Position numbers and translations under genes: made by a program
Assembly: GCA_965140445.1 (NCBI GenBank)
Contig: OZ223236.1
Coordinates: forward strand, 4,512,001-4,576,000
Direction of reading: 5' to 3'
Length of the DNA stretch: 64,000 nucleotides
Source of the DNA: Candidatus Ozemobacteraceae bacterium
Lineage (GTDB): Bacteria > Muiribacteriota > Ozemobacteria > Ozemobacterales > Ozemobacteraceae
Shown here: positions 48,586 through 58,314 of the stretch, piece after piece
How positions within the stretch are numbered: the first letter of the stretch is position 1
Layout of the letters: the number at the start of each line of letters is the position of its first letter
The notes under the pieces: model-generated
Databases searched by the model: none
The model's input: the letters and a program-made list of their open reading frames with translations, nothing else
What the model was told of the DNA's origin: nothing

Positions 48586-50073
48586 TTATTTGAATTCAAA
48601 TTCATTTAAAGAGTTTTCCATAATGGTTATATTGAGCCTTTTAAGCTTCTTAGCATTGTAAAAAACATCCATAGACTGGGATGCAACCTTTTCAAATTTA
48701 TCTGCATATGCCATCGCTTCAGAGAACTTATCAGTATCAACATACACTATTGTTGAACCAGGTTCTAATTTACGATTTTCCCACCAAAATCTAAAATTCC
48801 CGCCTTTGTGTATTTCAGCAACCCGCTCAGGTGAAATCTTCCCGTAAAATCCAAGTAAAGCTGCGAGCGGAGCACCCTGACCAACAAAATATGCCTTTTT
48901 GGAAAACTGAGAATCAATCTGCTGAAGTTTCTGCCCCATCTCAGTCCAACCGTGTAACCTGGAGGAAATATCTGATTTAACAGGGACGGGAAGAATTACG
49001 GTTAAAGCTTGAAATATAACCAGCATTGCCAATAGAGCGGAAGGTAAAACAACCCATTTTATTCTTTTATTGGACACTATTATCCACTCAGCAACAAGAA
49101 TCATAGCAGACAAATACGCTATTTGAGGCCAGTTTGCCTCCACTTTTGATTTCGTCCCCATATAAACAAAAAAGAGCATTTTTGGCAAAGCCAAAACAAT
49201 AAGAAAAAATCTAGCCTCATCTAACTTTTTGAAAGTCTCTTTTATGCGAGAAATTGAAACATACCAGAGCACAGGAAACAAGGTTAAACCAATTGTTCCA
49301 AGCTGACCTCCGAGAAATTCACCAATGTTCTTCAGCAAACCTCTGCTGGATGGTTTAAAACCATGATTAAATTGAAACTTAAATGAAATCCAATCATGAT
49401 TTGCATTCCAATAAAGGATGGGAAGAGTTCCAACGGCTGCCAATCCAACCATTACCCAGAATCTTCCAGTGAAAACCAGTTCCCGGTTTTTCTTGAAACC
49501 CAGAATTGTAATAGCGACTCCCGGGACAAAAAAGATCATATTGTATTTGGCCAAGGCACCTGTCCCAAGAGCAACTCCAGTTATAACCCACCAGAAATAC
49601 TCCCTGGAATTCAAAGCACTAAGAAATGCCCATGCACCTAGCGCCCAGGAAAAGGCAAGCGGGCTGTCGGGAGTAGTTATAAAGCCAATAGCCATTCCTG
49701 CGGGGGTAAAATTAAATATAACTGAGGACCAAAATCCAATTTTTCCGCTATGCAGAAATTTTCTGCCAATATCAAAAAGAAACCAGCTAACAGCTAAAGC
49801 TCCTAGAATAGAAGGCAGCCTGACAGCGAGCGCTGTATCTCCTAGAAATAGACGAAAGAAACCAATACAATACGCCACCATTGGAGGATGGTCGAAGTAA
49901 GAAAAATCCAGATGTCTTGCAAGCTCCCAATAATAAGCCTCATCAGGAGTAAGATCTAAATATAAAGACAAAAAAAGTCTTAAAACGATTAACGAAAAAG
50001 ATAAAACCCAAAATCTTTTGTTCCATTCCACTGATTCAAAGGCTTTTTGCCTACCAACATCTTCTACTGACAC
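48586..50073 (-). CDS. ArnT/GT39-like polytopic membrane glycosyltransferase
   Basis: DEAYYW, YFDHPPMV, VRLP, TPDSPL and LAKY, with many TM helices. The likely start is GTG 50073 with a GAAGGAG RBS. Confidence 0.88.
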   Translation of the reverse strand: MSVEDVGRQKAFESVEWNKRFWVLSFSLIVLRLFLSLYLDLTPDEAYYWELARHLDFSYFDHPPMVAYCIGFFRLFLGDTALAVRLPSILGALAVSWFLFDIGRKFLHSGKIGFWSSVIFNFTPAGMAIGFITTPDSPLAFSWALGAWAFLSALNSREYFWWVITGVALGTGALAKYNMIFFVPGVAITILGFKKNRELVFTGRFWVMVGLAAVGTLPILYWNANHDWISFKFQFNHGFKPSSRGLLKNIGEFLGGQLGTIGLTLFPVLWYVSISRIKETFKKLDEARFFLIVLALPKMLFFVYMGTKSKVEANWPQIAYLSAMILVAEWIIVSNKRIKWVVLPSALLAMLVIFQALTVILPVPVKSDISSRLHGWTEMGQKLQQIDSQFSKKAYFVGQGAPLAALLGFYGKISPERVAEIHKGGNFRFWWENRKLEPGSTIVYVDTDKFSEAMAYADKFEKVASQSMDVFYNAKKLKRLNITIMENSLNEFEFK

Positions 50074-50220
50074 CCAGAACTCCTTCTTCCCTGTAAGTAA
50101 AATGTATACACCACAAATAGAGCAAAATGGCGTAAAAATCAATATTTTGTGCAAATTCATGGTTTTTTTGTGTTAAATAAATTAGACTATTTACATAAAT
50201 TTTCGGGAAGGCAATAAAAT

Positions 50221-50784
50221 ATGGAACCAGCTGATTTTGCAGTAAGAATAGAAGAAATAATGGCCGAAGAATGCTCTGAGTATGTTTGTCTAATGGTCGA
50301 TGAGGATGAAATTGGCCGTCTATGGAATTTCACTGTAGAAGAAACCATCAGAGGATTTCTGGCATTTGAAGATAATCAAGAAACCATTGCGATCCCCACA
50401 ATTACAGTTGGGATCCATATAGGCGATGTAACAGATCATGAACCAGAAGACTTAAAGCACCTGTTAACTGTCAACGGAGATTTTATAAACGCCTGCCTGA
50501 CAGTAGTAAATGTCCCTGCCGATGAAGAAAATCCAGAAGATGAATACGAAACAGATGCTGACGATGATCTTGAAGACATACTTCCAGAAGATGAAGAATC
50601 AGAATCACAAAGATCTCAGGACCTTCTTTTCATCCAGACAAAGGTTCCATTTGATGCTTTTGACCCAGAAGATTTCATGGGATATGTTCAAAATTTAATT
50701 TTTCAAACAGATGCTTTCATGGGCAATGCTGGTGACTCTGAAGACGAAGAAGATGATGAGAGCTTATTAGACCTTGAGGAATAA
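50221..50784 (+). CDS. Very acidic hypothetical protein
   Basis: D/E-rich 187 aa ORF, 2 nt upstream of the next gene. Confidence 0.75.
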   Translation: MEPADFAVRIEEIMAEECSEYVCLMVDEDEIGRLWNFTVEETIRGFLAFEDNQETIAIPTITVGIHIGDVTDHEPEDLKHLLTVNGDFINACLTVVNVPADEENPEDEYETDADDDLEDILPEDEESESQRSQDLLFIQTKVPFDAFDPEDFMGYVQNLIFQTDAFMGNAGDSEDEEDDESLLDLEE

Positions 50785-50786
50785 GA

Positions 50787-51614
50787 ATGACTCCCGGAAT
50801 TTTACCTGAAAACGTAAAACAAGAACTACAAATATACATGGGCCCAGAAGAAAAAATATCTGGGTTCATCTGTACATCTGGCTCAACCAACTCTCCTGCT
50901 AAAGGCGAAATCTGGCTCGTACAAACTAACGATTCAGTGTATTTTCACACGGTGGAGTTCAGTAAAGAACCTGTGGTCGCACTTTTAAAGAAAAAAGACA
51001 TTAAAGTTGTTGAATATTTTCAACGACCAAAAGAAATTTCTTTAACCTTTTTTCCAAAGGGCTCTCTTGGAAATTCAACAAGAATAACTTTTCCTATTTC
51101 CCAACAAATTGGTCTAGAGCTATTTTGCGAAGAAATTGCTGATTTAATCTACTTTAAGAAAGAAACTCGTCAGGGAATTAAAGTCTTTGAAAATGGTGCC
51201 CAGGAACCAGATTCTAAGGAGTCTCCAGTCACATTGGTTCCAGGAGCAAAAATACCAGCAGGAACAATACCCAAAAAGGTTGCAAAGCCTTTGGCCCCAA
51301 AGGTGCCTCCAGCAAAACCAGAAGAACCCAAAAAGCAAGAGTCAGAACAAAAAACCGATGCAGTTCAAAAAAACAGAACAACTGACACTGCCAGGCAATC
51401 AGAGCCTGCCTACAAAACAGAAAAAAAACAGGAACCGAAACCTTCCGAGGTGCCAGCACCCTCTGCAAATGTTACCTCTTCGCCTCAACCAAAACCTTCC
51501 AAAAAGTCCTCTATTGAAATTGGCTCTGCAAAATTTGCAATTATTGCGACTCTGATTTCGGTTTTTGTTGCATTTATCTGGTATAAGTTTTTTAGACTAA
51601 TTTCAAAGCGATAA
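50787..51614 (+). CDS. Tail-anchored membrane protein with a globular N-domain and Pro/Lys-rich linker
   Basis: Beta-rich N-terminus, low-complexity linker and C-terminal TM FAIIATLISVFVAFIWY followed by basic residues. Confidence 0.75.
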   Translation: MTPGILPENVKQELQIYMGPEEKISGFICTSGSTNSPAKGEIWLVQTNDSVYFHTVEFSKEPVVALLKKKDIKVVEYFQRPKEISLTFFPKGSLGNSTRITFPISQQIGLELFCEEIADLIYFKKETRQGIKVFENGAQEPDSKESPVTLVPGAKIPAGTIPKKVAKPLAPKVPPAKPEEPKKQESEQKTDAVQKNRTTDTARQSEPAYKTEKKQEPKPSEVPAPSANVTSSPQPKPSKKSSIEIGSAKFAIIATLISVFVAFIWYKFFRLISKR

Positions 51615-51670
51615 AAAACGCACAAAACAGCTATATAAGGGTTACTTCATTTCAGCTGTTTTGTGCGTTT
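51615..51670. terminator. Hairpin between convergent genes
   Basis: AAACGCACAAAACAGCT / AGCTGTTTTGTGCGTTT 17 bp stem. Confidence 0.7.
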
Positions 51671-51711
51671 CTATTTTTTAGCACTTCTGCTGTAAGCGCT
51701 TTTATTTCTAT

Positions 51712-53505
51712 TTAAAGATCTGCAGTGGTGAACTGCCCCCAGAGATTTGATAAGTCCTGTATTCCTTTTCCAGAATTAGACTTTAAACCAGTTGAAATCA
51801 ACTTGATCAAATACTGAGTATTTGCACTTAGCATTTTATATGGAACAAGCTCAAGAGTTGAATTACCATTTTTCCAGGTTTCTGAAAAATAGCTTCTTAT
51901 GGTAGTTCCATTTAAAACAACCTTAGATCCGCTTTTCTTATTGGTAATCTCAATTAAAAGTCCATCATACAAAGTTTCTTTTTGCATTGGACGCGAAAAA
52001 TTTAAAACGAAAGGTCCTGTTCTTCCCACATTTAGATCGCCATTTATTGGAGAAGTTGAAAGAATTTCCGGAGCAGGATCAGTTGCAGTTAAAAATTCCC
52101 CATACATGCCATCATAATTTTTCAAAACTCTGCCATCGCTGGCTTTTGCATTCCAACGGCTAATTAGCATACTATATCTACTTGAAGCAGCAAGAGGTCT
52201 AAGAGGATACAGCCTTAAGATAGTATCTCCCTCCCACTCTACTCTGAAATTGTTTTTTATTGAATCCCCATCAAAAGCCAGTAATGATGAATTTTCCTTG
52301 TTTTGAATCATCAAACGGATGTCCTGAAAAATATTTGCCTTATCCATTGGCTGTCCAAAACCAATTTCAAACGGCCCTGTCACAGGAAATTCAGTCATTG
52401 AATTGTAAGGCTTTGTCCAGGTCAGAATGGCTTCGGAGTCTGGGATTCCGCCAGACTTTGAAAGTTTCGCGTTAACAATGGTAACTCCGTCAAGTGCAAC
52501 AGGTATTTTATACCCCTCCACCCTCTGGTATCCACTTTTTGAAAGGCTTAGATTTAATTCCCCACTATTTATTACCGGAGAGCTAACCAAAGCCACACCA
52601 GTTTTCATAGCAGAAACTCCCTGCGAGGAACCAACATCTACGGTAACTTCAGGCAAAGGTTTAACATCACCATAGGTATTTTCATAAGCAGTAACTTCAA
52701 CAGCTCCACGTTTTAAGCTGAATGAATCACCCCGTGCGACAGCCACAGAAATGTTATCAAATCCAGGATAAAACTTTACTTCGTCCTGAACTTTATTCCC
52801 ATTATATGGCTTTAATGTTGCTTCATAAGCGATTTCCCAATCCAGATATTTAACAATCACTCTTGAGGTGGTGGCAATTTTATCTGATTGGTCGACATTC
52901 AATTCTATTTTCCCTGAAGAATCAGTAACTGCAACCTGATTTGTTGCTTCAACTTCAATTCTTGCTCCTGCTAACGGTACACTGAGCAGGTTTTCCTGCT
53001 GAGCAATTCGACCTGTGATCAAAGCGCTTCGATCAGCTACAACGGTTAATGTGTAAATGCCATTTCCCAGAACTTCAACAATAACCGAAGAAGAAACAAA
53101 CAATCCCTTGCCGTCATCAACAGTACATGAAATTGTTGCTATTGAACTAACCTCAGGAGCCTTCCAAACAGCATATCCATTAGAGGTGGTAGTTAGAATT
53201 CCTTCTGAGGAATTCCAGGTAAAATCTAATTTATCACCATCCGGATCGATTGCTTCAGCTCGAAGTTGCAATTCTGACCCTACGCCCACAACAGTTTCCT
53301 GGGCAATAACATTTACCACAGGAGCTCTATTAGCAGATTTTCCCGAATCAGTAGGCACATTGATGGAAGACTCTGGATTTTCCTCCGAGCCAACAGGATT
53401 TAAAGAACTTATAGAGTTAGTCTGGGAACAGCCAACAATAGCTGTGCCCACCCAGATTACCAGAAAAATAAAAATAATTAATTTCAGGCGTTTAACATTT
53501 TCCAT
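51712..53505 (-). CDS. Lipoprotein with a PKD-like domain and two Big_5-like Ig domains
   Basis: Lipobox IVGC, NRAP...A.DPDGD.L...W, and two P.N....V.....I.F..PM units. Confidence 0.8.
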   Translation of the reverse strand: MENVKRLKLIIFIFLVIWVGTAIVGCSQTNSISSLNPVGSEENPESSINVPTDSGKSANRAPVVNVIAQETVVGVGSELQLRAEAIDPDGDKLDFTWNSSEGILTTTSNGYAVWKAPEVSSIATISCTVDDGKGLFVSSSVIVEVLGNGIYTLTVVADRSALITGRIAQQENLLSVPLAGARIEVEATNQVAVTDSSGKIELNVDQSDKIATTSRVIVKYLDWEIAYEATLKPYNGNKVQDEVKFYPGFDNISVAVARGDSFSLKRGAVEVTAYENTYGDVKPLPEVTVDVGSSQGVSAMKTGVALVSSPVINSGELNLSLSKSGYQRVEGYKIPVALDGVTIVNAKLSKSGGIPDSEAILTWTKPYNSMTEFPVTGPFEIGFGQPMDKANIFQDIRLMIQNKENSSLLAFDGDSIKNNFRVEWEGDTILRLYPLRPLAASSRYSMLISRWNAKASDGRVLKNYDGMYGEFLTATDPAPEILSTSPINGDLNVGRTGPFVLNFSRPMQKETLYDGLLIEITNKKSGSKVVLNGTTIRSYFSETWKNGNSTLELVPYKMLSANTQYLIKLISTGLKSNSGKGIQDLSNLWGQFTTADL

Positions 53506-53557
53506 AAAAACACCTCCGATCGCTCTCTATATCGGAGAAATTTGCCTTTTTTCTTAA

Positions 53558-54994
53558 CTATTTTCCTTTACAATTTTTCTGTAACAAAAAATTTGTCACT
53601 AAACGAACTCCAACTCCAGTTGGACAACCGCTTGCAACATATGATTTCTGCCGGGATGCAATCGCTGACCCGGCAATGTCAAGATGAATCCATGGACCAG
53701 AAACAAAATGGGACAGAAAAGCTGCTGCAGTACAAGCCCCGGCTGCTTTAACGGAAGCATTTATCAAATCGGCAATTCTTCCCTTCATCTCTTCCACAAA
53801 CTCGTAATGAAGGGGTAATTGCCAGAGAAGATCTCCAGTTCTGGCAGAAGTTTCCAGCATTGACATAGCAAGTTGCGAATCGTTGCAGAACAGACCCGTG
53901 AATCGTGAACTCAAAGCTTGTGAAACATTACTTGTTAGAGTTGCTACATCTATAACCAGCTCAGGATCGTATTGCCTAGCATAACCAAGAGCATCTCCAA
54001 GGATTAATCTTCCTTCTGCATCTGTATTTGTTATTTCAACCGTGGTACCATCAAAAAGCTTGATAACATCGCCCGGCCTTGCACTTTTCCCATCAGGAAG
54101 GTTTTCTACAGCGGGAATCATAGCAACAATTCTTTTCTTGTATCCAATCCTGGAAAGCGCTTGAATAATTCCCAGAACGACCGCTCCCCCTGCCATGTCA
54201 CCCTTTTCTTCATGCATTCCGGGCTCAGTCTTTATATTTATTCCTCCAGAATCAAAAGTAACCCCTTTTCCGATTAAAATGACTGGCTTTTCATCAGATG
54301 GGTTTAACTCAATTTCAATAAAGCATGGCAAACGGTCAGAGCCCTTTCCAACAGAACATAAACCTCCCATTTTTTTCAAAATCTTTTGGGGAAGTTTTCT
54401 TATATTAATTGAATTGGAACGTAACTTTTCAGCCTCAGCATATAGCTCAGATGGGCCTAAAATATTGCCGGGAAGATCCGTCAAATATCTCGCATAATTG
54501 GTAGATTCAGTTACAGACTGAACTGTTTTTTGAATTCTTTTCAAACATGTGAATTCGTCTATATGAACACTTGAATAAAAAACCTTAGAAAACTCAAATT
54601 TATCTGATTTAGTGCAAAAAGACTTTTCATCAAAACTCATATAAATTGGAAGCCCCAAAATGTCCTCAATCAAATCCTGACCGATCCTCTTTACAGATGG
54701 CAGGTTAATACCAGGCATTTTTATTTTCCGACCTTTTAAAGCCTTTATTGCTATTCCTAAATTTTCTTTTAAGTCGGATCTTAATGATTTTGATAACAAA
54801 TTAAGAGCCGGTAGTTTATAAAAAACTTTTCCTTTATCCATGCACAGAATTTCATAATCTGCTTTCCAATTGTCGGAAATTTGTCCGGGAAGATTTTTAG
54901 GAACATCTTTTTTCTGATCTCCAGAAAAGGGGAAAAAAATTTCCCCATCTGATTTACTTAAATTATTTGCAAAGAAAAGTTTCATATTTTCCAC
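53558..54994 (-). CDS. M17 leucyl aminopeptidase family protein
   Basis: GKGVTFDSGG, KGDMAG, NTDAEGRL, DVATLT and WIHLDIAG. The N-terminal domain is divergent. Confidence 0.92.
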   Translation of the reverse strand: MENMKLFFANNLSKSDGEIFFPFSGDQKKDVPKNLPGQISDNWKADYEILCMDKGKVFYKLPALNLLSKSLRSDLKENLGIAIKALKGRKIKMPGINLPSVKRIGQDLIEDILGLPIYMSFDEKSFCTKSDKFEFSKVFYSSVHIDEFTCLKRIQKTVQSVTESTNYARYLTDLPGNILGPSELYAEAEKLRSNSINIRKLPQKILKKMGGLCSVGKGSDRLPCFIEIELNPSDEKPVILIGKGVTFDSGGINIKTEPGMHEEKGDMAGGAVVLGIIQALSRIGYKKRIVAMIPAVENLPDGKSARPGDVIKLFDGTTVEITNTDAEGRLILGDALGYARQYDPELVIDVATLTSNVSQALSSRFTGLFCNDSQLAMSMLETSARTGDLLWQLPLHYEFVEEMKGRIADLINASVKAAGACTAAAFLSHFVSGPWIHLDIAGSAIASRQKSYVASGCPTGVGVRLVTNFLLQKNCKGK

Positions 54995-55141
54995 CGCCAG
55001 ACTTTCTGATATTGTAGAATTATTCGGTATAATCTCGCTTCTAACTTAAAAAAGTTTTGGTTGTACAACAATTGTTTGAACAGGGTGGTCTTTATACCAA
55101 GTGTGCCAATTATTTTTTTTTACAAAAACTGCATTTTTGGC

Positions 55142-55170
55142 TTGCCAGTTTTTTCAATTTCTGGTAACAT
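55142..55170 (+). promoter_or_regulatory. sigma70 promoter of rpmB
   Basis: TTGCCA-17 nt-TAACAT with an extended TG. Confidence 0.6.
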
Positions 55171-55207
55171 TATTTTTCACTTCGGCTCAATCTTGGAGGT
55201 TTGAACT

Positions 55208-55396
55208 ATGTCTAGAATATGTATGGTTTGCGATAGAGGACCAAAAATGAGTTTCCAGCTCAGCCACTCACATCGCCGCAGCAAAAGACGCTGGAGCGTA
55301 AACCTCCAGAAAAAACGTGTTATGCTTAACGGAAAACGAGTTCGCGGTTACGTTTGTACTCGTTGTCTTGGCAGCGACAAAGTGGCAGTTGCTTAA
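55208..55396 (+). CDS. rpmB: 50S ribosomal protein L28 (Cys-containing form)
   Basis: MSRICMVC...SHSHRRSKRRW.VNLQ...VCTRCL with a GGAGGT RBS. Confidence 0.95.
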   Translation: MSRICMVCDRGPKMSFQLSHSHRRSKRRWSVNLQKKRVMLNGKRVRGYVCTRCLGSDKVAVA

Positions 55397-55408
55397 AATC
55401 TGATTAAT

Positions 55409-55939
55409 TCAGATTTTTTGTCTTTGAACCAGAACTTTGTGTTTTGAAGCCAAATAACCGGCAATCAAAGCACAAATAATGGTCTCAGGCAGGATATGGC
55501 TTAAATTGTAAGCAAAACTTACAGTTAAAGCTCCAAAAGTTGTTTCTTTGTTTGATACAAAGAAAATGGCACCGGCGATGACGTGAAATAGCAAGCGAGG
55601 AATGTTTGCAAGCGTTGTTGCCGATGTTGCTTTTAGGGGAGTGTCCCAGGTCACTGCCCCAGCAATTCCCAGTGAAGCATACGCCAGCGGATAATCCAGC
55701 AAAAACTGCAGCGGATGCACAATAAATGGCCTGCTCATTAGCAACAATAATCCCATTAGCATTCCGCAAATGCTTCCTGTAGCCGCCCCGTGTCTGGCAC
55801 TTATCATTAAAAGTGGAACAATTCCAATTGAAATTGATCCCCCACTAGGCATCTGGTAAAGTTTAAACTGGGAAAGCGCAATGGCGGCTGCCAGCAAAAC
55901 TCCGCATTCTGTAATAACCGTTAGTTTTTTTATACGCAT
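55409..55939 (-). CDS. thiT: ECF S-component, thiamine transporter ThiT family
   Basis: MPSGGSIS, HPLQFLLDYPLA, H...GAIFF and S..YN, with about six TM helices. The likely start is ATG 55939. Confidence 0.8.
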   Translation of the reverse strand: MRIKKLTVITECGVLLAAAIALSQFKLYQMPSGGSISIGIVPLLMISARHGAATGSICGMLMGLLLLMSRPFIVHPLQFLLDYPLAYASLGIAGAVTWDTPLKATSATTLANIPRLLFHVIAGAIFFVSNKETTFGALTVSFAYNLSHILPETIICALIAGYLASKHKVLVQRQKI

Positions 55940-56047
55940 TTTTTTCCTATATTTTAATAATATGACATAATTTGAGCGCACTTTTTAAGTTTTCATGAAA
56001 ATGTGTTATATTTCAAATAACATTTTTACGGGAAGAAGAGGAACAAA

Positions 56048-57001
56048 ATGAAAAGAATAGTTTCCATTTTATTATTTGTCGCGCTTGTAGGACTATCATT
56101 TATTTACACAGGTTGCGGAAGCAGTACCCTTACCAAAACAGAATATACAATTGCAACAGGTTCAAAATCTGGGGTTTATTATCCAATTGGCGAATCTCTT
56201 TCTGCAATTCTCAAGCTAACATACCCAAACGTAAAATTGAACGTAATAGAAACTCAGGGAAGTGTTCAAAATCTTTCCATGCTCAAGGAAAACAAAGTTG
56301 ATTTTGCTCTTTGTCAGAATGACATTGCATTTTATGCCGCCGAGGGCGAAAAAATGTTTGAAAACAATAAAATCACCAACATTAGCGGTATTGGAACTCT
56401 CTTTCCAGAAGTAGTTCAAATAATCGTTCGAAAAGACAGTGGGATTAGCAAACTCTCTGAATTTGAAGGCAAGAAAATAGCTGTAGGCAGCAAAGACAGT
56501 GGAACTTTCTATAATGCTCAACAAATTTTAACCAGTGCTGGAGTATGGGAAAAAATAGACCACCAGTATCTTTCAGCATCAGATGCAATGAGAGAACTTG
56601 AAGCCGGAAATATTCAAGGCTTCTTCTATACCAGCGGAATTCCAAACCCATCAATAGTTGAACTTTCTAAAAGAGTTGAAATTGCAATAATTCCAATTGA
56701 TCCAGATCAGGTCCAAAAGCTGGTAACAACTCACTCTTTCTATTTTCCATCAACAATTCCAGCAGGGCAATACACTGGACAAGATACTGACATTTCTGCA
56801 GTAGAAATAAATGCAATCCTGCTCTCCAGCGAAAAATTGACAGAAAACGACCAGTATTTAATTACAAAGGCACTATTTGGAAAACCAAATGATCTCGGAA
56901 AAAGCAATCCAAGACTTTCAAAACTGACAAAAAATTCACTAAGAAGACAAATGCCGGTTAATCTTGGCAAAGGTGCTTACAAAGCTCATACAGAAATGTA
57001 A
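56048..57001 (+). CDS. TAXI-family TRAP solute-binding lipoprotein
   Basis: Lipobox YTGC, IATG..SGVYYPIG, T.GSV.N, QND.A and LFPE.VQI. Confidence 0.9.
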   Translation: MKRIVSILLFVALVGLSFIYTGCGSSTLTKTEYTIATGSKSGVYYPIGESLSAILKLTYPNVKLNVIETQGSVQNLSMLKENKVDFALCQNDIAFYAAEGEKMFENNKITNISGIGTLFPEVVQIIVRKDSGISKLSEFEGKKIAVGSKDSGTFYNAQQILTSAGVWEKIDHQYLSASDAMRELEAGNIQGFFYTSGIPNPSIVELSKRVEIAIIPIDPDQVQKLVTTHSFYFPSTIPAGQYTGQDTDISAVEINAILLSSEKLTENDQYLITKALFGKPNDLGKSNPRLSKLTKNSLRRQMPVNLGKGAYKAHTEM

Positions 57002-57012
57002 AATCTAAATTT

Positions 57013-57050
57013 AAAAAAAAGCACCATCCTTTGGATGGTGCTTTTTTTTT
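57013..57050 (+). terminator. Intrinsic terminator
   Basis: A8-GCACCATCC-ttt-GGATGGTGC-T run. Confidence 0.9.
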
Positions 57051-57117
57051 ATTTCAATGAAATTCTTTTTTGCCGATATTTATGTATCAAGAAGGTTATT
57101 TTTAGGAGTGCCAACAA

Positions 57118-58257
57118 ATGGAAACAGAGACTAAAAAGTTAAAAATAGGCATTATATTTGGCGGAAGATCAGGAGAACACGAAGTATCTCTTGTTTCAGC
57201 ACAGTCAGTAATGAAAGCGCTAAATCCAGATAAATATGACATTGTTCCCGTTGCAATTTCGCGCAATGGGTCATGGCTGGTGGGAACAACACCAGACAAA
57301 ATGTTGCAAAACCAGAATGCAGACGAAAAGAAAATCCGCATAGGCTTATCCGAAAGCGGAGCAGTCAGAGCAAGTCTTAACTGCGATCCAACAAGAAAAG
57401 GCCTTGTTCTTCTGGACAACCCGAGTAATGAAAAGCAGATTTCTATTGATGTTCTTTTTCCAGTTGTTCATGGCACTTATGGTGAAGACGGAACACTTCA
57501 AGGACTGCTAGAATTAGCCGACCTTCCATACGTTGGATGCGGCGTCTTAGCTTCGTCTACAGGAATGGATAAAACTGTAGCCAAGAGACTTTTTAAAGAA
57601 GCTGGTTTAGCTGTTGGCAATTTTAAAGAATTTTTACGAAAAGACTGGAAAAACAACCCAGAAAAAATAGTAAAAGAGATTGAAACAAATTTTGCGTATC
57701 CCGTATTTGTAAAACCTGTAAATTCAGGTTCTTCTGTAGGAATTTCCAAGGCAAAAAACACCGATGAACTAAAAGAAGCAATAAAAACAGCTGCGAAGTT
57801 TGATCGAAAAATTCTTATAGAATCGCAAGTAGTTGGTAGAGAACTGGAGGTTTCTGTCCTTGGCAATGATAGTCCAATGGCCTCAGTTCCAGGCGAAATT
57901 GTCCCTTGCAACGATTTTTACGACTATTCTGCTAAATATGTGGATAACAAATCGGAATTAAAGATCCCCGCCGACCTTAGCCCTGAAATAACAGAGGAAA
58001 TACGAAAACTTGCAATAAAAGCATATCGAGCACTAGATTGTGCGGGAATGGCGAGAGTAGACTTTTTCCTTGAAAAAGGTACAAACCGCTTAATAATAAA
58101 TGAAATAAACACAATACCAGGCTTTACAAGCATAAGCATGTATCCAAAGCTATGGGAAGCAACAGGAATAAATTATCCTGATTTACTTGATAAATTAATT
58201 GAATTTGCCATTGAACGATATGAAGAAAAACAAGAATCTTTACTAGCAGTTTCTTAA
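57118..58257 (+). CDS. ddl: D-alanine--D-alanine ligase
   Basis: FGGRSGEHEVS, HGTYGEDG, GSSVG, FYDYSAKY (Tyr in the omega loop) and NEINTIPGFT. Confidence 0.97.
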   Translation: METETKKLKIGIIFGGRSGEHEVSLVSAQSVMKALNPDKYDIVPVAISRNGSWLVGTTPDKMLQNQNADEKKIRIGLSESGAVRASLNCDPTRKGLVLLDNPSNEKQISIDVLFPVVHGTYGEDGTLQGLLELADLPYVGCGVLASSTGMDKTVAKRLFKEAGLAVGNFKEFLRKDWKNNPEKIVKEIETNFAYPVFVKPVNSGSSVGISKAKNTDELKEAIKTAAKFDRKILIESQVVGRELEVSVLGNDSPMASVPGEIVPCNDFYDYSAKYVDNKSELKIPADLSPEITEEIRKLAIKAYRALDCAGMARVDFFLEKGTNRLIINEINTIPGFTSISMYPKLWEATGINYPDLLDKLIEFAIERYEEKQESLLAVS

Positions 58258-58261
58258 AAAC

Positions 58262-58301
58262 AAAAAACTCCCCAGGAACTTTAACGCCTGGGGAGCTTTT
58301 T
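58262..58301. terminator. Bidirectional terminator
   Basis: CTCCCCAGG / CCTGGGGAG stem flanked by A and T runs. Confidence 0.8.
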
Positions 58302-58314
58302 GTTTTAGAGAAAG

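Noticed and set aside
55100..55150. sigma54 promoters (TGGCAC and TGGCAA on the minus strand)
   Set aside because: No TTGC lies at the required -12 spacing in either case.
45882..55939. Thiamine cluster (yjbQ, ThiJ-like, thiT)
   Set aside because: The genes are dispersed and in separate units, and the DJ-1/ThiJ name does not reflect a thiamine function.
57118..58257. Van-type D-Ala-D-Lac ligase
   Set aside because: The omega loop has Tyr (DYSAKY) and no van genes are adjacent.
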